Shown: positions 9,328 through 17,674 of the stretch, piece after piece
Layout: each line of letters begins with the position of its first letter
How positions within the stretch are numbered: the stretch's first letter is position 1
Assembly (NCBI GenBank): GCA_026989495.1
Contig: JALSJE010000067.1
Coordinates: 282 to 64,281 of the forward strand
DNA: 64,000 nucleotides
From: Gammaproteobacteria bacterium
Lineage (GTDB): Bacteria > Pseudomonadota > Gammaproteobacteria > S144-34
Direction: 5' to 3'
Position numbers and translations under genes: made by a program
The notes under the pieces: generated by a model
Told to the model about the DNA's origin: nothing
Database searches by the model: none
Seen by the model: the letters and a program-made list of their open reading frames with translations, nothing else

Positions 9328-10580
9328 CGGGCGAGCCTCACCTCCCAGAAGGGGTTGAACAGGTTGGCGTGCTCGCCCTTGCCCGGCAGGGCGAACAGCG
9401 CGCGGTCGGGCCGGCGGTGGTAGACCTGCGCCCGGGCGAGGGCGCGCAGCGGCGCCGGCGCCGCGCCCGGCACGAGCGCACCCGTCTGCAGGCGGCCCGA
9501 AGGCGGCCGCGATGCGAGCGCGCTCACCCACAGCCGCCGGTCGCCGGGACCGTCCCGGAGCGCGTGGTAGCCCGGCACGCCGGCATAGGCCGGATGCAGG
9601 CCGCGGGCCGAAGCCGAGCCCCGGGCGACCGTGCTCCAGCCCGACCAGCCCTTGAAGCACTTGTCCCACCTCCACCAGCTCACCTGCAGCTCGTCGCTCG
9701 CCCGCCAGTCCATCAGGTCGGCGCCGCCCTGCCGCGTGCGGCCCACCTTGCGCACCCGCACCACGAAGGGCACCTTGACCTTCCAGCCGCGCTCGCCCTC
9801 GATCCACCGGCGCGAGCGGTCGAGGGAGGCCCAGCTCAGGGCGGCGATCCGCCCCCCGTCGCCGGCCGGGCCGTAGCGGCGCACGAAGCCCGCGAGCCGC
9901 GCGCCCTCGGCCGCGAGCGAGGCCGAGATCACGGCGCCCTCGGGGCCCTCCTTCGCGAGCTTCGCGAGCTCGGCGGGGCGGTTGACGTCGATGGCCGGGT
10001 CGTGGCGCCGGGCGATCCCGCGCATGAGGCTGCGCAGGGTGAAGGGCTGCAGCGTGGCGCGGGATGCATACTGCGCCATCAGGTAGAGCCGGTTGAGGCC
10101 GTCCACGGCCAAGAGCGCCATGCTCGCCAGATACTTCGTCACCCCATAGCTTGCCGACACCACCTTGCGCGCCGTGCTGGTGGCGGCGTTGACGCCGGGG
10201 ATCCAGGCCGTGAGGAAGGCGACCCTGTCCACCGAGTCGCGCACGTAGCCGAGCCAGGAGACGTAGCTGACCAGGTGGCCTGCGGCGACGTGGTTGGCCA
10301 CCATGGCGCGGTTGGTGTAGGCCATGAAGTTGAGCTGGCGCGCGACCCACAGGCCGCCGCTCCAGGCGGCCGCGTCGGCGGCGTCCTGGAGCTGGGCGCG
10401 CTCGGCGGTGGCCTGGCCGACGTTGTACATCACGAGCGCGCCCGCAAGCCCCGCGCCCAGCAGCGCCAGCGCCAGCACGAGCACTTGCCCGCGCTGGAGG
10501 CGGCAGGCGGGCGGCGGGACCGGTCGGGCCGACGGGGCGCGTTCGGGCATGGCGCGAAACCCTGGCGACGTCCCTGTCAC
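9324..10580 (-). CDS. tadG: TadG-like Tad-domain pilus assembly protein
   Basis: 418 aa. N-terminus QRGQVLVLALALLGAGLAGALVMYNVGQATAERAQLQDAADAAAW is typical of the TadE/G-like N-terminal domain (PF13400-like) that precedes a large periplasmic region. Confidence 0.55.
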   Translation of the reverse strand: MTGTSPGFRAMPERAPSARPVPPPACRLQRGQVLVLALALLGAGLAGALVMYNVGQATAERAQLQDAADAAAWSGGLWVARQLNFMAYTNRAMVANHVAAGHLVSYVSWLGYVRDSVDRVAFLTAWIPGVNAATSTARKVVSASYGVTKYLASMALLAVDGLNRLYLMAQYASRATLQPFTLRSLMRGIARRHDPAIDVNRPAELAKLAKEGPEGAVISASLAAEGARLAGFVRRYGPAGDGGRIAALSWASLDRSRRWIEGERGWKVKVPFVVRVRKVGRTRQGGADLMDWRASDELQVSWWRWDKCFKGWSGWSTVARGSASARGLHPAYAGVPGYHALRDGPGDRRLWVSALASRPPSGRLQTGALVPGAAPAPLRALARAQVYHRRPDRALFALPGKGEHANLFNPFWEVRLAR

Positions 10581-10618
10581 CTCGTACCCTCCCTGTGGAA
10601 CCCTCCTTCTCCGGACCC

Positions 10619-10888
10619 CTACTGCGAGAAGTTCTGCAGGGTCTTCGCCGTGCCGGCGTCGGACTTGGCGTTGCCGGCCGAGGTCTGGGCCGCCGTGGTC
10701 TCCGTCTTGGCCGTGGAGGTGTCGCCGGCGAGCTTGAGGGCCATGGCCGCCATCTGGTGGCGGATCGCGTCGCCGAAGAAGCCGGCCACGGCCACGGTGG
10801 CGACGGCCACCAGCGCGGTGATGACGAGGTACTCGGACATGCCCTGGCCGCGGATGCGGCGGCGATGGGTGCTGGGCTGCTTCCGCAT
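10619..10888 (-). CDS. flp: Flp-family type IVb prepilin (paralog 1) with T/A-rich C-terminal tail
   Basis: MRKQPSTHRRRIRG|QGMSEYLVITALVAVATVAVAGFFGDAIRHQ..., which fits G/XXXXEY. An AGGAGGA RBS lies upstream of the ATG at 10888. The C-terminus TSTAKTETTAAQTSAGNAKSDAGTAKTLQNFSQ is low-complexity. First gene of the minus-strand tad operon. Confidence 0.65.
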   Translation of the reverse strand: MRKQPSTHRRRIRGQGMSEYLVITALVAVATVAVAGFFGDAIRHQMAAMALKLAGDTSTAKTETTAAQTSAGNAKSDAGTAKTLQNFSQ

Positions 10889-11099
10889 GGGGCTTCCTCC
10901 TCTGCTGCCTGCGGCGCGGTGCGGACCGCGCCTTCGTCCATACGGGACGCGAAAGCTACCCAAGGCGTGCCGATGGGCAATTCGAAATTTTTTATGCGCC
11001 ACTCGAAAAACCGGTGTACCAGAAATGAGACACTCGGCCCCGATCACGCGATTCGAGGCATGTGCTGCGGAACCTCAACATCCATTTGCAACTCATTGC

Positions 11100-11260
11100 T
11101 GGAAAGCTTCTTTCAGCGCCACACCCCTGCCGCAGCCGAGCGCGACGTGACGTCAGGCGTCACTTTTTTCATGACGCTCAGCGTCAGTTTTGAAGGGCTT
11201 CGAAGCCACTGAGTGACGCCGCACGTCACCCCCTTTCGGCCCCCTCCCACGGGACGAGCC
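11100..11260. promoter_or_regulatory. Divergent promoter region (flp operon / lnt-like gene) with clustered GTGACG/CGTCAC palindromes
   Basis: A lower-GC 350-bp intergenic region. Contains cgacGTGACGTCAggCGTCACtttttTCATGACGCTCAGCGTCAg ... TGAGTGACGccgcaCGTCACc, and the palindrome GAAAGCTTCTTTC. Confidence 0.3.
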
Positions 11261-11332
11261 GACGAACGGCATTGCCGCGCGTGCCTGCGCGGTGCTACAT
11301 AGCCGCGCGCGCAGCGACGGAGCGCCTGCCGC

Positions 11333-13294
11333 ATGGATGGCACGAGAACCGTGATGGAACCTTTCCGCGCCGGCGCCTGGACGGCGCTCGCGCTCCTGGC
11401 CGCCGCGCTCGCCCTCCCGCCGGCCGGGCTCTGGCCCGCGGCGCCGCTCGCCTGGCTCGCCCTCCTGCACGCCCTCGCGGGCTGCGCCAGGCCCCTGCAT
11501 GCGGCGGCGCTGGGCGCGCTCTTCTGTGGCGGGATCGCGGCGCACGCCTTCCTCGGCGCCCTGAGCTACGGACCCGCCGCCTACGCCGGCGGCGTGACGC
11601 TGCTCGCAGTGCTCGGTGCCGCCTTCGGCGCTTGGGCGGGCCGGGCGCTGACGATGCCCCACACCCCCCTGCGCGCAGCGCTCGCCGTGGCCGGCGCCTG
11701 GACGCTGCTCGAGCTCGTCGCGGTCCACGGATTCGGCGTCCCCTTCCTCGCCGCGGCGACGCTGGACGGCCTCGAGGCGCCGCCGACGCTGCTGCGCTGG
11801 GGCGGACCGCACGCGGTGGGCTTCGTGCTGGCGGCCCTGCCGGCCTGGGCCGTGGCGGGCCACCGCGCCCGTCGCGGCAGCGCCGCGACGCTCGCGGTCC
11901 TCGCGACCGGCGGCATCGCCCTGCTCCTCCTTCCGCCCGGCCCCTCCGTCCCGGAGGGCGCGGACGGCGGGGACCTGAAGGTGGCGGTCGTCCAGACGAC
12001 GCTGCCGGGCTGGCGCTTCCGCGAGCCCGGCCTCGCCGGGGCGCGCCGCCGCTACACGGAGGCCATCGCCGCGGCCGCGCGGCGCGCCGCCTCGGGTGCG
12101 CCCGACCTCGTCGTCTGGCCCGAGCTCGGCTACGCCGGCTATCCGTTCCGCGTGCAGGGCTCGCTGGCGCGCCACCTGCCCCGCGGGACGGCACACCTCA
12201 TCACGGTGCCCGACCTCGACCCCGCCGGCCGCGAGCGGCTCGCCGCCTTCCTCGTCGATGCCGAGGGGCAGGTGCGCGCCGTGCAGGGCAAGTCGCAGCT
12301 CGTGCCCTGGATCGAGCGCGCAGGACCCGCGTCCGCCGCCGCAGCGCCATTGCTGGTGGAGGGGTTACGCCGGCCCGGCGTGCTCATCTGCCTGGAGGGC
12401 ACGCTCCCTCACCGCGTGCGGGCCCTGGCGCGCGCCGGCGCCGGCTGGCTCGTGGTGCCGGCGAGCGACGCCTTCGCGGGACCTTCCTGGCTCGCCCTGC
12501 TGTCGGCAGCGCTGGCCCGGCTGAACGCGGCCGCCGTAGGCCTCCCCCTGGTGCGCGCGGCCAACGGCGGCCCCTCCCTGGTCACCGACGCGTCGGGACG
12601 GATCCGCCGGACGCTTCCGCCCTACGGACCAGGCCTCGTCGAGGCGCGGATCGCGGCAGCCGCTGCGCCATCGCCCTACGCGCGCCTGCCCCTCGAGCCC
12701 GGCTGGCCGCTCGCGGCGCTGGCGGCGCTCGGCATCGTGCGCAACCGCAGGCCTCGCTCCCGCGCGGCGCCACAGCGGACTCTTCCGGCCCTGCCCGCCG
12801 CACTGGGACTGCCGATGGGCCTCATGGTCCTGCTCACCTTCACCCAGACGGAGGCCGCCGGCCGGGCGCTGGCTCGGGCAGGCCTGCCGGCACCGGCGGG
12901 ATACCTCTTCCATGGCCATGCCCGCGCGGCCTGGACGGTGCGGTCGCCGCCGGCCTCCGGAGACCCCTTGCGCGAGGCCTATGCCTTCCTGCTGCGCAGG
13001 TACGGGGTGGACAGTCCGCACCCGCCGACGGGCCGGAAGGCTTCCGGAACCGAAGACGGCTGGCACGGGCTCATGCCCTGGCAGGGCACCCCTGCGGGCT
13101 GGACCGACGCCTTCCTGCCCGCGGTGCTGCGGCTGCGGGACGGGGAAGCCGTCGTCGCCCTGGAGATCGAAGGAAAGGCGGCGCGCGTCTGGCACCCGTC
13201 CCGCGGCGTCATGGACAGGGTGCCGCTGGCCGCGCTCCGCGGACCCGGCCTGGCGCTGGCCACGCGGCCGCGCTGGTGGGACTGGCTCCTCTGA
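11333..13294 (+). CDS. apolipoprotein N-acyltransferase (Lnt)-like CN-hydrolase membrane protein with about 180-aa C-terminal extension
   Basis: 653 aa. N-terminal polytopic TM region, then a CN-hydrolase domain with the Lnt catalytic triad in context: VVWPE (Glu), VQGKSQLVPW (Lys), VLICLEG (Cys). The extra C-terminal domain has no recognisable family. The start could be the ATG at 11354. Confidence 0.7.
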   Translation: MDGTRTVMEPFRAGAWTALALLAAALALPPAGLWPAAPLAWLALLHALAGCARPLHAAALGALFCGGIAAHAFLGALSYGPAAYAGGVTLLAVLGAAFGAWAGRALTMPHTPLRAALAVAGAWTLLELVAVHGFGVPFLAAATLDGLEAPPTLLRWGGPHAVGFVLAALPAWAVAGHRARRGSAATLAVLATGGIALLLLPPGPSVPEGADGGDLKVAVVQTTLPGWRFREPGLAGARRRYTEAIAAAARRAASGAPDLVVWPELGYAGYPFRVQGSLARHLPRGTAHLITVPDLDPAGRERLAAFLVDAEGQVRAVQGKSQLVPWIERAGPASAAAAPLLVEGLRRPGVLICLEGTLPHRVRALARAGAGWLVVPASDAFAGPSWLALLSAALARLNAAAVGLPLVRAANGGPSLVTDASGRIRRTLPPYGPGLVEARIAAAAAPSPYARLPLEPGWPLAALAALGIVRNRRPRSRAAPQRTLPALPAALGLPMGLMVLLTFTQTEAAGRALARAGLPAPAGYLFHGHARAAWTVRSPPASGDPLREAYAFLLRRYGVDSPHPPTGRKASGTEDGWHGLMPWQGTPAGWTDAFLPAVLRLRDGEAVVALEIEGKAARVWHPSRGVMDRVPLAALRGPGLALATRPRWWDWLL

Positions 13295-13342
13295 GGCCCG
13301 CGCGGCCTTGGGGACAGGTGACGGAGACGGAGGTTCAGGACC

Positions 13343-14146
13343 ATGGAGGAATGGGTCTGCTTCAAGACCGGGCGCTACCGGCTGGAGCCGCTGGCGCGAG
13401 GGGGCGTGGCCGACCTCGCCCTGGGCTATCATGAAAGCGACGGGTCGGCCGTCACCTTCAAGTTCCTCAAGCCCCAGCTCGCCCGGGTGCCGCACCTGGT
13501 GGGGCAGCTCCAGCTCGAGTACGCGGTGATGCTGGGCTCCCGGCCCGGGCTCCCCCAGGCGGTCGAATGCGGGATCTACGGAGGACGGCCCTACCTGGCA
13601 TACCGCTACGTCCGCGGCGTCTCCGTCCGGCACCTGCTGGATGCCCTGCACCGCGCCGGCCGCGTGCCCTGCGAGTCCACGGCGCGGCGCATCGTGCATG
13701 GGGCCGCCTGCGCGCTGAACGCGCTGCATCGCGGCCGCCCGCCCGTGGCCCACGGCGACCTCAGCCCGGAAAACGTCATCGTGGGCCGGCGCATGGGGGT
13801 GGCGCTGGTGGACCTGGGATGCGCACGGCGGCTGGACCGCCCGACCGCCGATGCGCCGCTGCTGATGGGCAAGCCGCGCTATCTCTCGCCCGAGCAGGCG
13901 CGCGGCGAGCCCTGGGGCGCCCCGAGCGACGTCTATCAGCTCGGGCTGCTGCTCTACGAGATCGTCACGGGCGAGCCGCTCATCGCGCCCTGGCTGGAGG
14001 TGCCGAGCCCGGCCGAGGCGGCCGCGCCCTCCCTCGAGGCGCTCTCGGCGCTGCCTCCCGCGCTGCGCCTGCTGTGCCGGCGCATGCTCGACCCCGATCC
14101 CGCCGCCCGTCCGGGCGCGGCCGCCGTGGCGCGCGCGCTGCGCTGA
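13343..14146 (+). CDS. Hanks-type serine/threonine protein kinase (kinase domain only)
   Basis: 267 aa with a Gly-rich loop (RGGVADLALGY), an AVTFKFLK lysine, the catalytic loop HGDLSPENVIV, DLG, and YLSPEQ (APE-like). No TM segment or sensor domain. Confidence 0.75.
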   Translation: MEEWVCFKTGRYRLEPLARGGVADLALGYHESDGSAVTFKFLKPQLARVPHLVGQLQLEYAVMLGSRPGLPQAVECGIYGGRPYLAYRYVRGVSVRHLLDALHRAGRVPCESTARRIVHGAACALNALHRGRPPVAHGDLSPENVIVGRRMGVALVDLGCARRLDRPTADAPLLMGKPRYLSPEQARGEPWGAPSDVYQLGLLLYEIVTGEPLIAPWLEVPSPAEAAAPSLEALSALPPALRLLCRRMLDPDPAARPGAAAVARALR

Positions 14147-14152
14147 GCGGCT

Positions 14153-14737
14153 TCAGCCGCCGTAGTAGTCAGGCTCGTTGCCCGGCTTCCACTTGATGTT
14201 GCAGCCGAGGCTCGGCTTCTGGTCCTCGGGGACGGGCCGGCCCTCGAGCAGCGCGTCCACCGCCGCGCGCAGGTCCCTGCCCGTCACCGGCGCGTCGTTG
14301 CGCGGGCGCGCGTCGTCGAACTGGCCGCGATAGACCAGCTTGCGGTCCCTGTCGAAGAGGAAGAAGTCGGGTGTGCAGGCCGCCTTGTAGGCCTTGGCCA
14401 CCTCCTGGGTCTCGTCGAAGAGGTACGGGAAGGTGTAGCCCACCTTCTTGACCTCCTCGATCATCCTTTCCGGGCTGTCGTCGGGATAGTTGGCCACGTC
14501 GTTCGAGTTGATGGCGACGATGGCCAGGCCCTTGCGCTGGTACTCGCGGCCGAACTCGGCCAGCGCATGCTGGATGTGCTTCACGTAGGGGCAGTGGTTG
14601 CAGATGAACATCACCAGCAGCCCCGGGGCGTCCCTGAAGTCGTCGATGGAGACCTCGTGCCCCGTGAGCGGCTCGGGCAGCTTGAAGTACGGAGCCGGCG
14701 TGCCCAGCTCCAGCATGGTGGATTCGGTGCGTGCCAC
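14153..14737 (-). CDS. thioredoxin-fold thiol-disulfide oxidoreductase (AhpC/TSA-like family)
   Basis: 194 aa. Contains a CNHC (CxxC) motif in FICNHCPYVKH within a thioredoxin-like fold. Confidence 0.6.
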   Translation of the reverse strand: MARTESTMLELGTPAPYFKLPEPLTGHEVSIDDFRDAPGLLVMFICNHCPYVKHIQHALAEFGREYQRKGLAIVAINSNDVANYPDDSPERMIEEVKKVGYTFPYLFDETQEVAKAYKAACTPDFFLFDRDRKLVYRGQFDDARPRNDAPVTGRDLRAAVDALLEGRPVPEDQKPSLGCNIKWKPGNEPDYYGG

Positions 14738-14853
14738 TGCGTCTTCCCTCCTGCTCGTGTGGGCCGGTCTGCGGCCGGGGGGCCGCCCCGCGATCGGGCG
14801 CGTATTGTAGCGCGCCTTGCACCGTCCGCTGCCCCGGGCAAGACTGTGCCCCC

Positions 14854-15963
14854 ATGGAGCCGGGGGTTGAAGGCGCGCGGCTGCATGTCGAGCGCGGCGA
14901 TGGCGCCACGCGGCTGCGTGCGCAGGGCCGCTGGACCGTGGACGGCATCGCCGCGCTGGCGCAGGCCCCGGCGCCGGCGCTGCCCGACCGGGGCGAGCTC
15001 GTGCTGGACGGCGGCGCGGTCGAGGCGCTGGACACCGCCGGCGCCTGGCTGCTGTGGCGTCTCATCGGCGGACGGGCGGCGCGGCTCGAGGGCTGGCGCC
15101 CCGGGCAGGCTGCGCTCCTGGAGCTCGTGCGGCGGCATGGCACGGCCTCGGCCCCGCCGCCGGCGCGGCCCGGCCGGCTCGCAAGGCTCGGCGCGCGCGC
15201 GGTACGGCAGGCGCGCGAGGCGGTCTCCCTGGTCTCCTTCGTCGGCGCGGTCACGCTGGAGCTCGCGCGGGCGCTCGCGCGCCCGCGCCGCCTGCGCCTG
15301 CGGCTCGCGCTGGAGGAGGTGCAGCATGCGGGCGTGGAGGCGCTGCCCATCGTCGGGCTGCTCGCCTTCCTCATGGGCATCGTCATCGCCTACCAGGGCG
15401 GCGTGCAGCTGCGCAACTACGGCGCCAACATCTTCGTCGCCGACCTGGTGGGCCTGTCCGTGCTGCGCGAGATCGCCCCCCTCATCACGGCCATCCTGCT
15501 CGCCGGACGCAGCGGATCGGCCTACACGGCCCAGATCGGCACCATGCAGGTGACCGAGGAGATCGACGCCCTGCGCACGCTGGGGCTCTCGCCGCTGGAG
15601 ATCCTGGTGGTGCCGAAGGTGCTGGGGCTGATGCTGGCGCTGCCGCTGCTCACCGTCTATGCCGGGGCGCTGGGCGTGGGCGGAGGCATGATCATGGCCC
15701 AGTGGGTGCTCGAGGTGAGCCCGGCCGCCTTCCTGGAGCGCTTCGAGCAGGCCATCGGCCTCGCCTCCTATCTGGTGGGCGTGGGCAAGGCCCCGGTGTT
15801 CGCGGCCATCATCGCCCTCGTGGGCTGCCACCGCGGCTTCCTCGCCGGCGCCAGCGCCGACAGCGTCGGGCGCCAGACCACCCTCAGCGTGGTGCAGGCG
15901 ATCTTCCTCATCATCGTGGCGGACGCGGCCTTCTCCGTCCTGTTCAGCCGGCTGGGGATATGA
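14854..15963 (+). CDS. mlaE: MlaE-family ABC transporter permease with N-terminal STAS (MlaB-like) domain fusion
   Basis: N-terminal roughly 110 aa (RLHVERGDGATRLRAQGRWTVDGIAAL...LDGGAVEALDTAGAWLLW) resembles a STAS domain. The C-terminal part is MlaE/YrbE permease. The ATG at 14854 was chosen over the upstream Cys-rich start. Confidence 0.75.
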   Translation: MEPGVEGARLHVERGDGATRLRAQGRWTVDGIAALAQAPAPALPDRGELVLDGGAVEALDTAGAWLLWRLIGGRAARLEGWRPGQAALLELVRRHGTASAPPPARPGRLARLGARAVRQAREAVSLVSFVGAVTLELARALARPRRLRLRLALEEVQHAGVEALPIVGLLAFLMGIVIAYQGGVQLRNYGANIFVADLVGLSVLREIAPLITAILLAGRSGSAYTAQIGTMQVTEEIDALRTLGLSPLEILVVPKVLGLMLALPLLTVYAGALGVGGGMIMAQWVLEVSPAAFLERFEQAIGLASYLVGVGKAPVFAAIIALVGCHRGFLAGASADSVGRQTTLSVVQAIFLIIVADAAFSVLFSRLGI

Positions 15964-16748
15964 CGGGCGCAGGCGGCGAGGTCGTGGTCTCCCTGCGCGG
16001 CATCGAGACGCGCTTCGGCAGCCAGCGCGTGCACGCCGGCATCGACCTCGACGTGCGCCGCGGCGAGATCTTCGCGCTCGTGGGCGGAAGCGGCTCCGGC
16101 AAGACCACGCTGCTGCGCGTGATGCTTCTGCTCCACCGTCCCGCGGCCGGTCGGGTGACCCTGCTGGGGCGCGAGGCCGCGCGCATCGGCGGGCACGAGC
16201 TGCCCGCGCTGCGCCGGCGCATGGGCGTGCTCTTCCAGCACGACGCCCTCTTCAGCGGCCTCAGCCTGCTGGACAACGTGCTCGTGCCGCTGCGCGAGCA
16301 CACGCGCCTGCCCCGGGGCTTGATGCGGGAGATCGCCCTGCTCAAGCTTGCGCTCGTGGGCCTGGGGCCCGAAACTGGCCCGCGGCTGCCCGAGGCGCTC
16401 AGCGGCGGCATGCGCAAGCGCGGCGCGCTCGCGCGCGCGCTCGCGCTGGACCCGGAGCTGCTGTTCCTGGACGAGCCGACGGCGGGCCTCGATCCCGTGA
16501 CGGCCGCGGGCTTCGACGAGCTCATCCTGCGGCTGCGCGACAGCCTCGGACTGACGGTGGTGCTGGTGACCCACGACCTCGACACGCTCATGCGCATCGC
16601 CGACCGCGTGGCGCTGCTCGCCGACGGCAGGGTCGCTGCCGTCGGGACCCTGGACGAGGTCCTCGCGAGCGAGGACCCGGCCGCGCGCCGCTTCTTCCAC
16701 GGCCCCCGGGGGCTGGCCGCACGGGAGCGGGCATGGAGCCGCGCCTGA
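15960..16748 (+). CDS. mlaF: MlaF-family ABC transporter ATP-binding protein
   Basis: Walker A GGSGSGKTT, signature LSGGMRKR, Walker B LLFLDEPTAGLD. Its start overlaps the mlaE stop (ATGA). Confidence 0.8.
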   Translation: MTGAGGEVVVSLRGIETRFGSQRVHAGIDLDVRRGEIFALVGGSGSGKTTLLRVMLLLHRPAAGRVTLLGREAARIGGHELPALRRRMGVLFQHDALFSGLSLLDNVLVPLREHTRLPRGLMREIALLKLALVGLGPETGPRLPEALSGGMRKRGALARALALDPELLFLDEPTAGLDPVTAAGFDELILRLRDSLGLTVVLVTHDLDTLMRIADRVALLADGRVAAVGTLDEVLASEDPAARRFFHGPRGLAARERAWSRA

Positions 16749-17674
16749 GCTACACGGCGGTCGGCCTCTTCGTGCTGCTGCTGGCGGCCGCCTTCGTCGG
16801 CGGCGTGCTGTGGCTGTCGTCGGGCACGCTGCGGCGCGACCACGTGATCTATCACATCTACATGTCCGAGTCCGTCTCGGGCCTGAACGTGGACGCCCCG
16901 GTCAAGTACCGCGGCGTGGACGTGGGCCGGGTCCGGGCCATCGAGCTGGTGCCGGACGGCCCGGTGCAGGTGCGCATCGTGGCCGCGATCCGGCGCGACG
17001 TGCCCATCAAGGCCGACACCGTGGCCACCCTGCGCGTGCAGGGGCTGACCGGCATCGCCTACGTGGAGCTCGAGGGGGGGAGCCGCGAGGCTCCGCCCCT
17101 CGAGGCCCTGCCGGGACAGCCGGCACCCGTGATCCCGAGCCGTCCCTCCTTCCTCGCCCGGCTCGACACGCATCTCGACGAGCTCATCGGCAACCTCAAC
17201 CAGGCCGCGCACGGCGTCGCGCGCCTGCTCGACGAGCGAACCCGTGCCCACCTGCGCCATACGCTCGCCAACCTGGAGCGCCTCACGGCCTCGCTCAACG
17301 AGAGCGTGGCGCGCCTCGACCGCGCGCTGGAGGCGGCCGCCCGCACCGCCGACGCCGCCGCGGACGTGGCCGCGCGCGCGGGGCCGGCGCTCGCCCGCAT
17401 CGAGGCCGCGGCCGCCGCGCTCGAGCGCATGGCCGATCGCCTGGGGCGGACCGGCGAGCGCCTGGGCGACGACTACGGGCGGCTCGCCGGCCATCTGCAG
17501 ACGGCCGCCGAGGAGACCCTGCCCGAGGTGCAGCGCGCGATCGCCGATCTGCGCGAGGCGGCCGCCAGCCTGCGGCACTTCGGGCGCGTGCTGGAGCAGG
17601 ACCCGCGGGTGCTGCTGTTCGGCCTGCCCGAGGCCACCCCGGGTCCCGGCGAGGAGGAGGTCCAGCAGCGATGA
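16733..17674 (+). CDS. mlaD: MlaD/MCE-domain protein
   Basis: 313 aa. N-terminal TM anchor followed by an MCE domain (...YRGVDVGRVRAIEL...), then a coiled-coil C-terminal region. Confidence 0.75.
   Translation: MEPRLSYTAVGLFVLLLAAAFVGGVLWLSSGTLRRDHVIYHIYMSESVSGLNVDAPVKYRGVDVGRVRAIELVPDGPVQVRIVAAIRRDVPIKADTVATLRVQGLTGIAYVELEGGSREAPPLEALPGQPAPVIPSRPSFLARLDTHLDELIGNLNQAAHGVARLLDERTRAHLRHTLANLERLTASLNESVARLDRALEAAARTADAAADVAARAGPALARIEAAAAALERMADRLGRTGERLGDDYGRLAGHLQTAAEETLPEVQRAIADLREAAASLRHFGRVLEQDPRVLLFGLPEATPGPGEEEVQQR

Noticed and set aside
8560-10980. 806-aa ORF on the minus strand spanning the tadG-like and secreted-unknown genes
   Set aside because: It reads through three independently supported genes in another frame. 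Its translation is low-complexity (poly R/P/G/A), typical of a high-GC shadow frame. Only its last roughly 255 codons (8560-9327) coincide with a real gene frame.
15054-16748. 564-aa ORF covering mlaE and mlaF
   Set aside because: Only its last 262 codons (from ATG 15960) correspond to the MlaF ATPase. The upstream part is an alternative frame across mlaE.
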